64,000 nucleotides of DNA from a virus, in IMG/VR virus record IMGVR_UViG_3300045988_082442, positions 32,001 to 96,000 of that record; one strand, written 5' to 3'. Made by a program: the position numbers and the translations under genes. The notes beneath the pieces are model-generated. The model was not told where the DNA came from. It searched no databases and was given only the letters and a program-made list of their open reading frames with translations. This document shows, one piece after another, positions 27,730 through 37,511 of this stretch (positions within the stretch are counted from its first letter, which is position 1; every line of letters starts with the position of its first letter).

Positions 27730-29682
27730 ATGAATTTATTATTTAAAAAGATATATATTCAAGGTTTTCAATCAGTAGATACTATTGAACTTGAATTAGA
27801 CGATAGAGGAATTTTAGTTGTAAAAGGTATAAATAATTATGAAAGTAATGTCAAAAGTAATGGTAGTGGTAAATCTAGTATATTTGAATCAATTATATTT
27901 GCATTATATGGAGAAACAAGTTTAGGTATAAAAGACCCAGAAAATAGAGTTTTGAATAATGGATATACTGTAAAATTAGATTTAAGTATAGATGGTGTAG
28001 ATTATACAATAAACAGATATAAAACTAATAATAAGTCTAATGTTCAGTTTATTCAAAATAATAATGATATATCAGGAAGAAATAAAACTGATACTGATAA
28101 GATTATTCAAAGAGAATTAGGAATAAGTAAAGAATTATTTTTAGACAGTATCTTTTTAGCACAGGGGGTTAGTACAAATTTAAGTTCACTATCTCCTACT
28201 GCTAGAAAGGAAAGATTAGAGATTTTAACTGGTACTGAGAAGCTTATAGAGGAATTTAAAGCATATATAAAAGAAAGACAACTTGAATATGAATCTAAAT
28301 GCACAGAATTGACATTAGCAAAGACAAAATTAGATGGTAATATACAATCATTAAACGGTCAAATAAGTACCTTAAAATCTAAAATAATAGAAATAAATAA
28401 TGAGAATGAAAGAAATAAGTCATTAGGTAATATAGATGATTTAAACTATCAAATACAACAGATAGAGAATGAAATATCAGTAATAGAAGTACAGACAATT
28501 CCAAACATAGAACATACTATAGAACAAAATCAAACCATAATAGATACATATAAAAATCAAAAGTTGGAAATGGAATCTAAAAAGGAAGAGATAAATAATA
28601 CTTTAAATCAACAAAGGGATGTTGTATATAACATAAATTCAGGAATTGATAAGTTGAATAATGACATAAATACATCAAGAAGAGAGATTTCCAGAATACA
28701 AAGTGATATTGAGACAATAAGAAATTCTGACACATGCCCAACTTGTGGTAGAAAATATGATAATATAAATGAAGACCATATAAATATGCTAATCGAAGGC
28801 TATAATAAAGACATTTCAGAGCATGATAATAAAATATCAGAGTTAAATGCAGTAATAGTAACTGAAACAGATAAATTAAATATGGAAACAACAAAAGGAA
28901 AAGCAATAAGAGAAGAATATGATTCAATACAAAATGATATACAGAAAATAAACAATGATATTCAGGTTAAAGAGGCAGAAAATCAAGGCAAGTCAAGAGA
29001 AATAAAAGAGCAAAGAGATATAATATCAAACAAACAATATCAAATAAAGGGATTACAGGCTAAGAAAGAGGAACTATTAAAGATAGAAATAAAGAGTACA
29101 ACAGAATATGAAGATATGATAAAAGATGCTGAAGATAAGATAAACAAAAGCAGTCTTGAAATCAGAGATATACAAGAAGAATGGGCTAAACAAAATGATT
29201 TGGTAGATGTGTGTAAATACTCACAACAACTTATAACCAAACCATTTAGAACATATTTATTACAAAATAGCATAAATCTTTTAAATGAGAAATTACATCA
29301 TTTAAGCACTAAATTATTTAGCAATGATAAAGATGTTATATATATTGATGGAGATGACTCAAAACTTGACATAAGACTAGGTAATGCAACATACGAAAGC
29401 TTATCTGGTGGTGAAAAGACAAGAGTTAATATGTGTTTACTTTTGGCACAGAAATACTTAGCATCAAATTTAGGAAATATAGATTGTAATATCATAGTTC
29501 TTGATGAGGTATTAGGACAATGTGATAGCGAAGCTGAAATAAATATTATAGACTTGATTATTGAAGAACTACAAAGCGTTTCAAGTATCATATTTATAGG
29601 ACATAAAGAGTTATCTATTCCAAATGATGAAATTATTACAGTTGTTAAAGATGAACACGGTCTATCAAGATTATTAAGATAA
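27730..29682 (+). CDS. sbcC: Rad50/SbcC-like SMC ATPase
   Basis: Contains NGSGKSSIFESI (Walker A), a long coiled coil with a CPTCG zinc hook, LSGGEKTR (signature) and IIVLDEV (Walker B). Confidence 0.85.
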   Translation: MNLLFKKIYIQGFQSVDTIELELDDRGILVVKGINNYESNVKSNGSGKSSIFESIIFALYGETSLGIKDPENRVLNNGYTVKLDLSIDGVDYTINRYKTNNKSNVQFIQNNNDISGRNKTDTDKIIQRELGISKELFLDSIFLAQGVSTNLSSLSPTARKERLEILTGTEKLIEEFKAYIKERQLEYESKCTELTLAKTKLDGNIQSLNGQISTLKSKIIEINNENERNKSLGNIDDLNYQIQQIENEISVIEVQTIPNIEHTIEQNQTIIDTYKNQKLEMESKKEEINNTLNQQRDVVYNINSGIDKLNNDINTSRREISRIQSDIETIRNSDTCPTCGRKYDNINEDHINMLIEGYNKDISEHDNKISELNAVIVTETDKLNMETTKGKAIREEYDSIQNDIQKINNDIQVKEAENQGKSREIKEQRDIISNKQYQIKGLQAKKEELLKIEIKSTTEYEDMIKDAEDKINKSSLEIRDIQEEWAKQNDLVDVCKYSQQLITKPFRTYLLQNSINLLNEKLHHLSTKLFSNDKDVIYIDGDDSKLDIRLGNATYESLSGGEKTRVNMCLLLAQKYLASNLGNIDCNIIVLDEVLGQCDSEAEINIIDLIIEELQSVSSIIFIGHKELSIPNDEIITVVKDEHGLSRLLR

Positions 29683-29694
29683 GGAGAATTTAAA

Positions 29695-30162
29695 ATGGAA
29701 AATGAGATTAAGTTTGAATTTACTGGTATTTTAAAAACAGATTCTGAAGGTGGACCTTTTAGATGTTTACCAGAAAGAAGTACAAAGGCATCAGCTGGTT
29801 ATGATTTCTATAACCCAGAAGAAGTTACAATTCCAGCACATAGCTTAAAGTTGATTAAAACAGGTATAAAAGCAAAATTTCCTAATAACATGACACTAAA
29901 ACTTTATAATAGAAGTTCAAACCCAAAAAAGAAAGGTGTTATGTTAGCTAATAGTGTTGGTATTGTGGACGCTGATTATTATGGAAACCCTGATAATGAT
30001 GGAGAGATTGGTTTTATGTTTTATAACTTTACAGATACTGATACAACATTTGCAAGAGGCGATAAACTAGGTCAAGGTATATTTGAAGCATATTATACAG
30101 TTACAGATGAGAATGAAATTACATCTGAAAGAACAGGTGGATTTGGAAGCACTGGAGCATAA
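29695..30162 (+). CDS. dut: dUTP diphosphatase
   Basis: Contains AGYDF, GIVDADYYG and RTGGFGSTG, the dUTPase motifs. Confidence 0.88.
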   Translation: MENEIKFEFTGILKTDSEGGPFRCLPERSTKASAGYDFYNPEEVTIPAHSLKLIKTGIKAKFPNNMTLKLYNRSSNPKKKGVMLANSVGIVDADYYGNPDNDGEIGFMFYNFTDTDTTFARGDKLGQGIFEAYYTVTDENEITSERTGGFGSTGA

Positions 30163-30163
30163 T

Positions 30164-30349
30164 ATGGTTTATGAAATAATAACCAGTGATTTTAGAAATA
30201 AATGTGGCAATTGTAAATTCTTTCAGACTGAAAATCACATAGATGGTAAGTGCATAAATTTAGAGAATAAACTAAGACCATGGAATAGAACAAGGGCTTA
30301 CAATAGTAAGTCCTGTGTTCATAAGGAGGTAATCAATGAAGAAATCTGA
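30164..30349 (+). CDS. small Cys-rich protein
   Basis: I chose the ATG at 30164, just after the dut stop. Contains CGNCKFF..GKC. Confidence 0.5.
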   Translation: MVYEIITSDFRNKCGNCKFFQTENHIDGKCINLENKLRPWNRTRAYNSKSCVHKEVINEEI

Positions 30350-30686
30350 TTTAGAATGTGCTATAAATGATTTAGAAGATTTAAGAGCTATAGCTGCAAA
30401 ACAGGACTATAACACCTCTATAGAAATAAATCAAAAACTTATAAAAGTTTTACCTTTATTGCAGACAGAATTATCTAAAATGGATAGAAACAACTTTGAT
30501 GTTACAAGTCCAATATATTTGGAAATAACACAAAGAGATTGTGAGGATACACATCAGTCAATGCAAGAATATATAAACAATAGTTTAGAGAATTTGTCTG
30601 ACAATGAAATAGATATAATAGACTTTGGAATACATTATATTGATGATAAAACAAAGGTAGGTTATATAAAATATAATAGGAGGTGA
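30336..30686 (+). CDS. hypothetical protein
   Basis: ORF with an AAGGAGG RBS. Confidence 0.6.
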   Translation: MKKSDLECAINDLEDLRAIAAKQDYNTSIEINQKLIKVLPLLQTELSKMDRNNFDVTSPIYLEITQRDCEDTHQSMQEYINNSLENLSDNEIDIIDFGIHYIDDKTKVGYIKYNRR

Positions 30687-30690
30687 TTAT

Positions 30691-30981
30691 ATGATAGCTA
30701 TGATAAGTCAACCAATGAAAAATAAATCTGTTGATGAAATAAATAAAGAAAGAGAAGATTTAGCAAAAGTATTAGAAGAACAAGGATATGATGTATTAGA
30801 TACAGTTTTAAGTGAATCTGATGTCAAAGAAGATGACCCACTTTATTATTTAGCAAAATCAATAGAATTTTTAGCAGAAGCAGATATTATAGTATTCATG
30901 AAAGGTTGGGAAGAAGCAAGAGGATGCAGAATAGAACATCAAATTGCAAAAGAATACAATAAAGAAATAATGGAATTATAG
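30691..30981 (+). CDS. DUF4406-like (nucleoside 2-deoxyribosyltransferase-like fold) protein
   Basis: The pattern ..ADIIVFMKGWEEARGCRIEHQIA resembles DUF4406. This is from memory, so confidence is low. Confidence 0.45.
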   Translation: MIAMISQPMKNKSVDEINKEREDLAKVLEEQGYDVLDTVLSESDVKEDDPLYYLAKSIEFLAEADIIVFMKGWEEARGCRIEHQIAKEYNKEIMEL

Positions 30982-30992
30982 GAGGACTTGTT

Positions 30993-31346
30993 ATGCAATA
31001 TTACCTAAAAGTGTATAACTTAAACAAGGGTATTCTTGTAGGTTATTATAAGTCAACAGGGTTGAGTTGCATTTCAAAACTACCAAAGGGAATTAAATAT
31101 TTCAATAATAAAGATGAGGCTATATTATTAGCTTTGGATATGAATTATAACGGTTTCATGAGGGATTCTGATGGCAAATACTATACACCGTTATGGGTAG
31201 TATGTGGTGACCATACAAGAGAACCTAAAAAGAATACATTTAAAAATCAATTTGAAGATGAGGATGGTGAGTTTGAATATGGTTTTAAAGCCTATTTACG
31301 ACAAAATCGTATTGAAAGTAAAGGATTACCAGGAGGTGACATCTGA
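30993..31346 (+). CDS. hypothetical protein
   Basis: ORF with a TAGGAGG RBS. Confidence 0.6.
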   Translation: MQYYLKVYNLNKGILVGYYKSTGLSCISKLPKGIKYFNNKDEAILLALDMNYNGFMRDSDGKYYTPLWVVCGDHTREPKKNTFKNQFEDEDGEFEYGFKAYLRQNRIESKGLPGGDI

Positions 31347-31584
31347 GACTGGACTAGAGTGGCATAAAGACATGAGTCAAAGTGCTAACTCAACATTAGT
31401 TGCAGAGGTAGTTGCTGTAGGTAACGGAAGATTATTACAAGATGGTACTACATTGCCATTAAGAGTAAATGTAGGAGATATGGTAGTTATATCAAAACAT
31501 CAAGGTGAAAGTTTTAATGATGGGAAACAAGATTATATAATTGTTTCAGAAAGTCATATTTTATCAATCATAGAGGAGGATTAA
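31279..31584 (+). CDS. groES: GroES-like co-chaperonin
   Basis: MVLKPIYDKIVLKV..VAEVVAVGNG..GDMVVISK matches the Cpn10 pattern. I chose the start by homology; 31264 is possible too. It overlaps the upstream gene. Confidence 0.7.
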   Translation: MVLKPIYDKIVLKVKDYQEVTSETGLEWHKDMSQSANSTLVAEVVAVGNGRLLQDGTTLPLRVNVGDMVVISKHQGESFNDGKQDYIIVSESHILSIIEED

Positions 31585-31586
31585 AA

Positions 31587-31862
31587 ATGCAAGGTGTAAA
31601 TGGAATAGAAATTACAGATGTAAAATTAAAGAAAGTAAACGGTGCTGATAAAATGATAGGGGACGTATCAATAACATTAAATAATTGTTTAGTAATACAT
31701 AATATTAAAATAATAAAAATAGATGAAAGAAGAATAATAGCATTCCCTAGTAGAAAAGTTGCTGATGGTTCTTTTAAAGATATTACACACCCTATAAATA
31801 GAGAATTAAGAAATTATGTTGAAAAAGTAATTTTGGATTTATATGATAAGGATGAAGATTAA
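31587..31862 (+). CDS. spoVG: SpoVG-family protein
   Basis: IEITDVKLKKV..GDVSITLNNCLVIHNIKII..AFPSRK..GSFKDITHPIN is collinear with bacterial SpoVG. Confidence 0.85.
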   Translation: MQGVNGIEITDVKLKKVNGADKMIGDVSITLNNCLVIHNIKIIKIDERRIIAFPSRKVADGSFKDITHPINRELRNYVEKVILDLYDKDED

Positions 31863-32080
31863 TGAAATTGATAGATGGTGATAATACCTACAATGTTTTA
31901 ACTTTAAATTTAGATGAGGGAGATGTATTGGTAGTTGATTTTAAGGATAATCAGCCAAATGCAGAATCCCTATCTAAATATAGGGAATATTTGAAAGATA
32001 TATTTCCTAATAATAGAATATTATTTATATCAAATGGTATAGAGTTAGGAATCATAAAGGGAGGTAGTAATATTGAGTAA
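31862..32080 (+). CDS. hypothetical protein
   Basis: ORF lying between spoVG and groEL. Confidence 0.55.
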   Translation: MKLIDGDNTYNVLTLNLDEGDVLVVDFKDNQPNAESLSKYREYLKDIFPNNRILFISNGIELGIIKGGSNIE

Positions 32081-33707
32081 AAATATAAAATATGGAGAAG
32101 AAGCACAAAGTTCTGTTGTAGATGGTATAAATGCTGTTGCAGATATTGTTAAAACTACAATAGGACCAAAAGGCAGAAATGTTCTAATCAGAGAGAAAGG
32201 AACTACACCAGTAATAACTAACGATGGTGTTACAATAGCAAAATCAATACAATTAAAAGATAATACAGAAGACGCAGGTGCATCTTTAATAATATCAGCT
32301 GCACAAAAAACAAATGATATAGCAGGAGATGGAACAACTACAACTACTTTATTGTCATCTGAAATTATAAATAGAGGATTTGAAGCTATTGATAAATATA
32401 ACTTAAATCCAGTGCAACTACAAAAAGGTTTAATATCTTTATCTAATAAAATTAGTGATATGTTATTAGATAATGCTATTGAAGTGAAAGATGATGATAG
32501 CATAAAAAGAGTTGCTTCAATATCAAGTGGTAGTGATGTTACAGGTGAGCTAATTGCTAATGCTTTCAAAGATGCAGGTACTTATGGAACAGTAATAGTA
32601 GAGGATAGTAAAACAGGAGTAACTGGATTATCAACTGTTATGGGTATGAAATTACCAAATGGTTCAGTATCGCCTTATCTATTAGAAAGAAGTACATTAT
32701 CATCAGAAATAGATGATGTGAGTGTTTTAGTTATGAAAGATAAAATAGATAATGTACCAGATTTAATACCAGTATTAGATTCTTGTAATAGGGAAGGAAG
32801 AAGGCTTTTAATTATATGTGATGATATTGAATTTGAACCATTAAACTTTGTTGTTATGAATAAAGCAAGGGGAGCAATAAATGTAAATATAATTAGATTA
32901 CCAGGATTAAATAATGATTTAAGAAATGCTGTAACAGATGATATTTGCATTGCTACTGGAGCAACATTAGTTAGTAGAGAATCTGGTAGACCATTAAAAG
33001 CATTTACATCAGAATGGTTCGGTGAATTAGAAAGTGCAAAAATAGAATTAGAAGAAACAGTATTAAAATTTAAAGATATAAGTTCTACTGGTGAGAATTT
33101 ATTAGCAGATAGAGAAAATAGAGTAGCTGAATTAGAAACACAAAAAGAAACATTAGGTGTTGGAAAAGATACTACACATTATGATAAGAGAATAGCAAAT
33201 TTAGTTGGTGGAATTTCTGTGATTGAAGTTGGTGGAAATTCAGAAATAGAAATAAAGGATACTAAATTGAGAATTGAAGATGCTTTAAATTCTGTTAAAG
33301 CTGCTATTGAAGAAGGAATTGTAGCAGGTGGTGGTTATAGTTTCCTTGAAATTGTAAAACAATTAGGAAATACTAATATGACAGCAGATGATGCTATTGT
33401 TGCAGATATTCTTACAGAATCATTAAAATCAGTTACTAGACAGATAGCTGAAAATGCTGGAATGAATGGTGATGAAGTAGTTAAGACTTGTATTGAAAAA
33501 GGTAAGGGCTTAAATGCAATGACTGGAGAATATACAAATTTAATAGAATCTGGTGTTATAAATGCTGTAAAAGTAGATAGATATTGTGTACTAAATGCTG
33601 TAAGTGTTGCTGGTACAGTTCTAACAATGGGTGGGGCAATTATAGAGGAGAATGAAAAAGACCAAAATCTTCTACAACTTATAAACCCAGGAGTACCAGT
33701 AATATAA
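32073..33707 (+). CDS. groEL: GroEL-like chaperonin (Cpn60)
   Basis: The TTG start has a GGGAGG RBS. Contains MSKNIKYGEEA, TIGPKGRNV, AGDGTTTTT and VAGGG. The 544-aa size is typical. Confidence 0.92.
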   Translation: MSKNIKYGEEAQSSVVDGINAVADIVKTTIGPKGRNVLIREKGTTPVITNDGVTIAKSIQLKDNTEDAGASLIISAAQKTNDIAGDGTTTTTLLSSEIINRGFEAIDKYNLNPVQLQKGLISLSNKISDMLLDNAIEVKDDDSIKRVASISSGSDVTGELIANAFKDAGTYGTVIVEDSKTGVTGLSTVMGMKLPNGSVSPYLLERSTLSSEIDDVSVLVMKDKIDNVPDLIPVLDSCNREGRRLLIICDDIEFEPLNFVVMNKARGAINVNIIRLPGLNNDLRNAVTDDICIATGATLVSRESGRPLKAFTSEWFGELESAKIELEETVLKFKDISSTGENLLADRENRVAELETQKETLGVGKDTTHYDKRIANLVGGISVIEVGGNSEIEIKDTKLRIEDALNSVKAAIEEGIVAGGGYSFLEIVKQLGNTNMTADDAIVADILTESLKSVTRQIAENAGMNGDEVVKTCIEKGKGLNAMTGEYTNLIESGVINAVKVDRYCVLNAVSVAGTVLTMGGAIIEENEKDQNLLQLINPGVPVI

Positions 33708-33721
33708 TAGGTGGTGTAGCC

Positions 33722-33904
33722 ATGAAAGTGTTAGGTAAAAGATATTTAAGGTGTAAAAGATGTCATAGAAAGTTGAAAACAAAGGAAGCACAAAAAAGAG
33801 GATATGGACATTATTGTTTTCAGAAGCATCTTGAAGATGTAAAAAAGAAAAGTAAAACATTGCTAGATTTAGCAGATGATTATATAGATAAAGGAAAGGT
33901 ATAG
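33722..33904 (+). CDS. small basic protein
   Basis: ORF with a GGTGGTG RBS. Contains CKRCH..HYC. Confidence 0.5.
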   Translation: MKVLGKRYLRCKRCHRKLKTKEAQKRGYGHYCFQKHLEDVKKKSKTLLDLADDYIDKGKV

Positions 33905-33912
33905 GTGATAAT

Positions 33913-34332
33913 GTGAAACAGAGTAGTTTTGAGAAAAGGTTGAATAAAGTTTTAAAAGAAGAGGAACACTATGTTTTAAATATATTATTACTTTCATACC
34001 TTACGGATGACGAAAGCTATAAAGACATAGCCGAGTTATGTTTTATGTTTGATGAGTATTCTAACTTTAAAAAGTTTATAAAATATTATGGTGGTAAAAC
34101 ATTGAAGATACCAACACAGGAAGAATTAAGACTAGCATTAAAACATTTACTATTATTTCAATATGTTAAAATAGATGGCATGAGTTTAGATGATGGATAT
34201 AAAAGTGTTAATTTGAAAGATTTAGGTGTTAGTAAGGAAGAGGCATCAAATACAATAGATAGATTTTATAATTATTTAAAAGAAAATGGCAATGAAATAT
34301 TTAGAGGTAGAAAAAGAAATAAACTATTTTAG
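33913..34332 (+). CDS. hypothetical protein (C-terminus ..RKRNKLF)
   Basis: GTG start with an AGGTGA RBS. Confidence 0.55.
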   Translation: MKQSSFEKRLNKVLKEEEHYVLNILLLSYLTDDESYKDIAELCFMFDEYSNFKKFIKYYGGKTLKIPTQEELRLALKHLLLFQYVKIDGMSLDDGYKSVNLKDLGVSKEEASNTIDRFYNYLKENGNEIFRGRKRNKLF

Positions 34333-34344
34333 GAGGTAAATGAT

Positions 34345-34704
34345 ATGGTAATCAGAGGACCTAAAAAATACTCTAATAGTGTTACATATAAACGAGATTA
34401 TGTAAAAGAACAATTCTGTTTAGATGTTAGTATTATTAAGTTTCTACAAGCAGATATTATAAGCCATAGAGCAGAAATAAAATCAGCTGTTTTAGATAAG
34501 AGAATAGAAGAAAGAATAACAAAAATAAGCAAGGACTATGATAACAAGGTAAATAAAATGTTAGACCATTTAATAGTTAATAATGACCTTGAAAAATACT
34601 CTATTGAAAATCTAAATAAACTTGTAGTATCTATAATGAGAGTAACAAAGTCATTAAGTAGCTCATTAGCAAGTATAGTTATTGGTTTGGAGGATATAAA
34701 ATGA
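34345..34704 (+). CDS. hypothetical protein
   Basis: ORF with a TAGGAGG RBS. Confidence 0.6.
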   Translation: MVIRGPKKYSNSVTYKRDYVKEQFCLDVSIIKFLQADIISHRAEIKSAVLDKRIEERITKISKDYDNKVNKMLDHLIVNNDLEKYSIENLNKLVVSIMRVTKSLSSSLASIVIGLEDIK

Positions 34705-35864
34705 TAGTATCAGCATTTGCAGGTGTGGGTAAAACCACACTTGCCCAAGAATATAAAGATGATGTAATAGATTTAGAGAGTGGTAATTTTAAATGGTTAA
34801 ATAATGAAAATACAGAAAGTTCAAAGGGTACTAATAGGGTGCAAAATCCTAGGTATCCTATAAACTATTTAGAAGCTATAAAATCTGCTAATTCTAAATA
34901 TAAAGTAGTTTTAGTAAGTCAGCACGAGATATTACGAAAATGTCTTGATGCAGTTAAGCTTGATTATATATTGATATACCCAGATAAATCACTTAAAGAT
35001 GAGTATATTGAAAGATATAGAGCAAGAGGGAATAATGATGGGTTTATAAATTTGATAAGCAATAGATGGGATTCCTGGATACATAATCTTGATAATATAA
35101 ATAATCATAATAAGATAGTGTTACAAAGTGGACAATTTTTATCAGACATTGCAGAACAATTAGGGTTAGAACCAAAGACAGATGTATCAAATACATTAGA
35201 TACTACTGATGTAAATACTACTGATGTAAATACTACTGATACAAACTCTGATGTGAAAGAACAAATTGTGGAAGAAGTTACAAATGAGATTGTGAATAAT
35301 GTGGATAACTCTGTGGATAACTTACCTCAAACAGTAAATAAAGAAGTATCTATATCAGATGTAATGGACAATAATTTCTGTATAGACGATTTAACTTTAA
35401 GGGATTTTAAAGTAGATGAGAATAAGATTAGGGCAGGTATGCTAATACAGGCAAAAAATAGATTATGCAGAATAGATAAGTTATTAAATACTTTAAATAA
35501 GCTGGAAGATGAACTATTTGATAGAATTGAAGATGATGTTCAATCTATGAGAACTGATAGAATAATTGAATATACAAAATTTATTAGTACACTTATTAAA
35601 GATACTAATGAGATGGTAATGTCAGTTATAGGTAACCCAAAATTACAAAACTTCTTCATAGTTGATAATAGTAGTAATGTAACAGTTGAGGATACTACTG
35701 GACTTGACATAAATAAGAGAAAGAGAGTAAGACACGCAGTACAAGTAGTATTAGAGAATATTGATAAGGTTGAAGAAGGTAAGATAGAGGAGGTCAAGTC
35801 ACCTAATATAATTATAGAAAATTCAGAAATACAAAAGGAGGATGAACAAAATGTCGATAATTAA
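34701..35864 (+). CDS. P-loop NTPase/kinase-like protein with a long C-terminal extension
   Basis: Has an N-terminal Walker A (FAGVGKTT). The rest is unassigned. Confidence 0.65.
   Translation: MIVSAFAGVGKTTLAQEYKDDVIDLESGNFKWLNNENTESSKGTNRVQNPRYPINYLEAIKSANSKYKVVLVSQHEILRKCLDAVKLDYILIYPDKSLKDEYIERYRARGNNDGFINLISNRWDSWIHNLDNINNHNKIVLQSGQFLSDIAEQLGLEPKTDVSNTLDTTDVNTTDVNTTDTNSDVKEQIVEEVTNEIVNNVDNSVDNLPQTVNKEVSISDVMDNNFCIDDLTLRDFKVDENKIRAGMLIQAKNRLCRIDKLLNTLNKLEDELFDRIEDDVQSMRTDRIIEYTKFISTLIKDTNEMVMSVIGNPKLQNFFIVDNSSNVTVEDTTGLDINKRKRVRHAVQVVLENIDKVEEGKIEEVKSPNIIIENSEIQKEDEQNVDN
35201..35245 (+). repeat. 15-nt tandem repeat x3 (encodes TTDVN TTDVN TTDTN)
   Basis: TACTACTGATGTAAA twice, then TACTACTGATACAAA. 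Confidence 0.85.
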
Positions 35865-36561
35865 TCCATCCCAATATGACTGTGATAATTCACAAAAAGG
35901 TGATTTAATATTAGTAAAACCAAGACCATTATGGTATAAATGGTACAGAAAGAATTTTCAAAAAGATAAAATAATTCTAAAAGTTAGGAAGGATTGGAAC
36001 TCAGAGGACCATATAGATGTTTATCAGGAAGATTGTACTTTAATTTTTAATTGGGAGATACAGAGTAGATGTGATTTCAAAGATGAGGTTCCTTATTATG
36101 TGGGTATAGATAATAAATACTTAAAACATGGTAAGTATCTTAGTAACTTACAATTTGGAAGTGAAAATATAAGTATTGTTTTAAAAAGTGGGTTATCTGT
36201 TTTAATTCCTACATCATACATAAGGGATGGAATCAGGAAATTAGATGAAGTTAAAAAGTCATTTGATGATAATAGGCAGATACAGGAAGCTTTGAAGTTT
36301 GCAAAATATAAGGGTGATTTCTTTGAAAAGAGATGTAAAGAATTAAATTTAAAGGAATGGTCAATATCTTATTGTAATGTATGTGGTAAACCTATAAATA
36401 TTAAATTTGATAAAGATGTCCCCTATGTAGAAAATGAATGTGATTGTGGTAATATGAAAGTAGAAGATGAAGATATAACATGGGATACAGTTGCATATTG
36501 GTATAACAGACAGATACTAAAACCATGCATCAATAAATATAAAGAATTTTGGAAGATTTAA
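35851..36561 (+). CDS. hypothetical protein with C-terminal Cys pairs
   Basis: I chose the second ATG (35851) because of its RBS spacing. Contains CNVCG..CDCG. Confidence 0.6.
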   Translation: MSIINPSQYDCDNSQKGDLILVKPRPLWYKWYRKNFQKDKIILKVRKDWNSEDHIDVYQEDCTLIFNWEIQSRCDFKDEVPYYVGIDNKYLKHGKYLSNLQFGSENISIVLKSGLSVLIPTSYIRDGIRKLDEVKKSFDDNRQIQEALKFAKYKGDFFEKRCKELNLKEWSISYCNVCGKPINIKFDKDVPYVENECDCGNMKVEDEDITWDTVAYWYNRQILKPCINKYKEFWKI

Positions 36562-36573
36562 GGTGTTTTAATT

Positions 36574-36942
36574 ATGAAGACAAGTGATGTTTATGATAGA
36601 TATAAAGAACTCTGTAATAATGATAAGTTTATATGCAGTCAGTCAGAATTACAGGAGTTTATGCTATATGGTTTAATATTGGAAACTGGTAAGAACAAAT
36701 ATATTTTAAGAAACACAGAAAAAAGAGATATTACAGTATTGAAAGATTTAAACCATAATTTTAATTTAGATTTAAGACAATATATAAATATAGATTTAAG
36801 TAATTATCCTACAAATAAAGTGTATTATATGTCAAAAGAAACATATAATAAATATAAAGAACAGGATTTGATTATATCAAAGGGTAGTAATGAGTATTAT
36901 AGACTATTTGCAGGAGAATTATGGTTAATACAAATTTTGTAA
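36574..36942 (+). CDS. hypothetical protein
   Basis: ORF with an AAGGTG RBS. Confidence 0.6.
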   Translation: MKTSDVYDRYKELCNNDKFICSQSELQEFMLYGLILETGKNKYILRNTEKRDITVLKDLNHNFNLDLRQYINIDLSNYPTNKVYYMSKETYNKYKEQDLIISKGSNEYYRLFAGELWLIQIL

Positions 36943-36948
36943 AAATGC

Positions 36949-36977
36949 TTGACAAAATTTAAAACTTATAATATACT
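36949..36977 (+). promoter_or_regulatory. sigma-A/70-like promoter (GCTTGACA class)
   Basis: TTGACA, a 17-nt spacer, then TATACT. It lies upstream of the RBS and ATG at 37009. Confidence 0.6.
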
Positions 36978-37008
36978 ATTTTCAAGATATAATTTGGAGG
37001 TAGATATT

Positions 37009-37392
37009 ATGAATATAAAAGAATGGTTAATTGAAATGAATAAGGATAATTTCCCATCAGATAAAAGACAAAAAGAATTAGCATGGGAAAGTTGGATTTG
37101 TGCAACTAATTTATTAGATGGAAAGAATAGATATTTAGAGAAAGTATTAGATAAATTATCTGATGATATAAAAGAGGATTATGATATTTCAATGATAAAT
37201 AATTATCAGAAGGAAAACTATGGGGGTTCTCTAACAACATACAGATTTAGGTCTAAACTTAGAAGAAATTTAGATTTAACAAAACAAGATATGACAATGA
37301 TGTATAGATATAATATTTATGAAAATGGTGTTCATTTAGTTGCAATAGAAGAGGTAGAAGATTTAATCACTTGGCTAAATAATAACCTTTAA
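37009..37392 (+). CDS. hypothetical protein
   Basis: I chose the ATG at 37009 because it has a GGAGG RBS. The track start at 36949 is the TTG of the -35 box. Confidence 0.6.
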   Translation: MNIKEWLIEMNKDNFPSDKRQKELAWESWICATNLLDGKNRYLEKVLDKLSDDIKEDYDISMINNYQKENYGGSLTTYRFRSKLRRNLDLTKQDMTMMYRYNIYENGVHLVAIEEVEDLITWLNNNL

Positions 37393-37411
37393 AATAGAAT
37401 AGATTTAGTAT

Positions 37412-37446
37412 AAAAGGTATGCAAAAAAGCATACCTTTTTTATTTT
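37412..37446 (+). terminator. rho-independent terminator
   Basis: Stem AAAAGGTATGC/GCATACCTTTT with an A6 loop, followed by a T-run. Confidence 0.8.
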
Positions 37447-37463
37447 AAAAGATGTTATTATAT
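37447..37463 (+). promoter_or_regulatory. promoter cassette (AAAAGATGTTATTATAT)
   Basis: Recurrent motif; first of two tandem copies. Confidence 0.5.
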
Positions 37464-37477
37464 ATGAGGACATTCTA

Positions 37478-37494
37478 ATAGATGTTATATAAAT
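37478..37494 (+). promoter_or_regulatory. promoter cassette (ATAGATGTTATATAAAT)
   Basis: Second tandem copy, immediately upstream of the RBS. Confidence 0.5.
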
Positions 37495-37511
37495 TAGGAG
37501 GTAGTACATAT

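Noticed and set aside
31204-31278. N-terminal 25-aa extension of the GroES-like ORF in the ORF track.
   Set aside because: The extension overlaps the preceding gene in another frame and has no homology to Cpn10. MVLKPIYDKIVLKV at 31279 matches the canonical Cpn10 N-terminus.
32045-32569. Long antisense ORFs inside well-supported genes. Examples: 32045-32569 and 32675-32950 in groEL, 4299-4610, 10186-10452, 28577-28927, 29298-29591, 43714-44073, 47657-48002, 48585-48959 and 41693-41998.
   Set aside because: They overlap strongly supported genes on the opposite strand, lack RBSs and encode low-complexity Leu/Ser/Phe-rich products. These are shadow ORFs.
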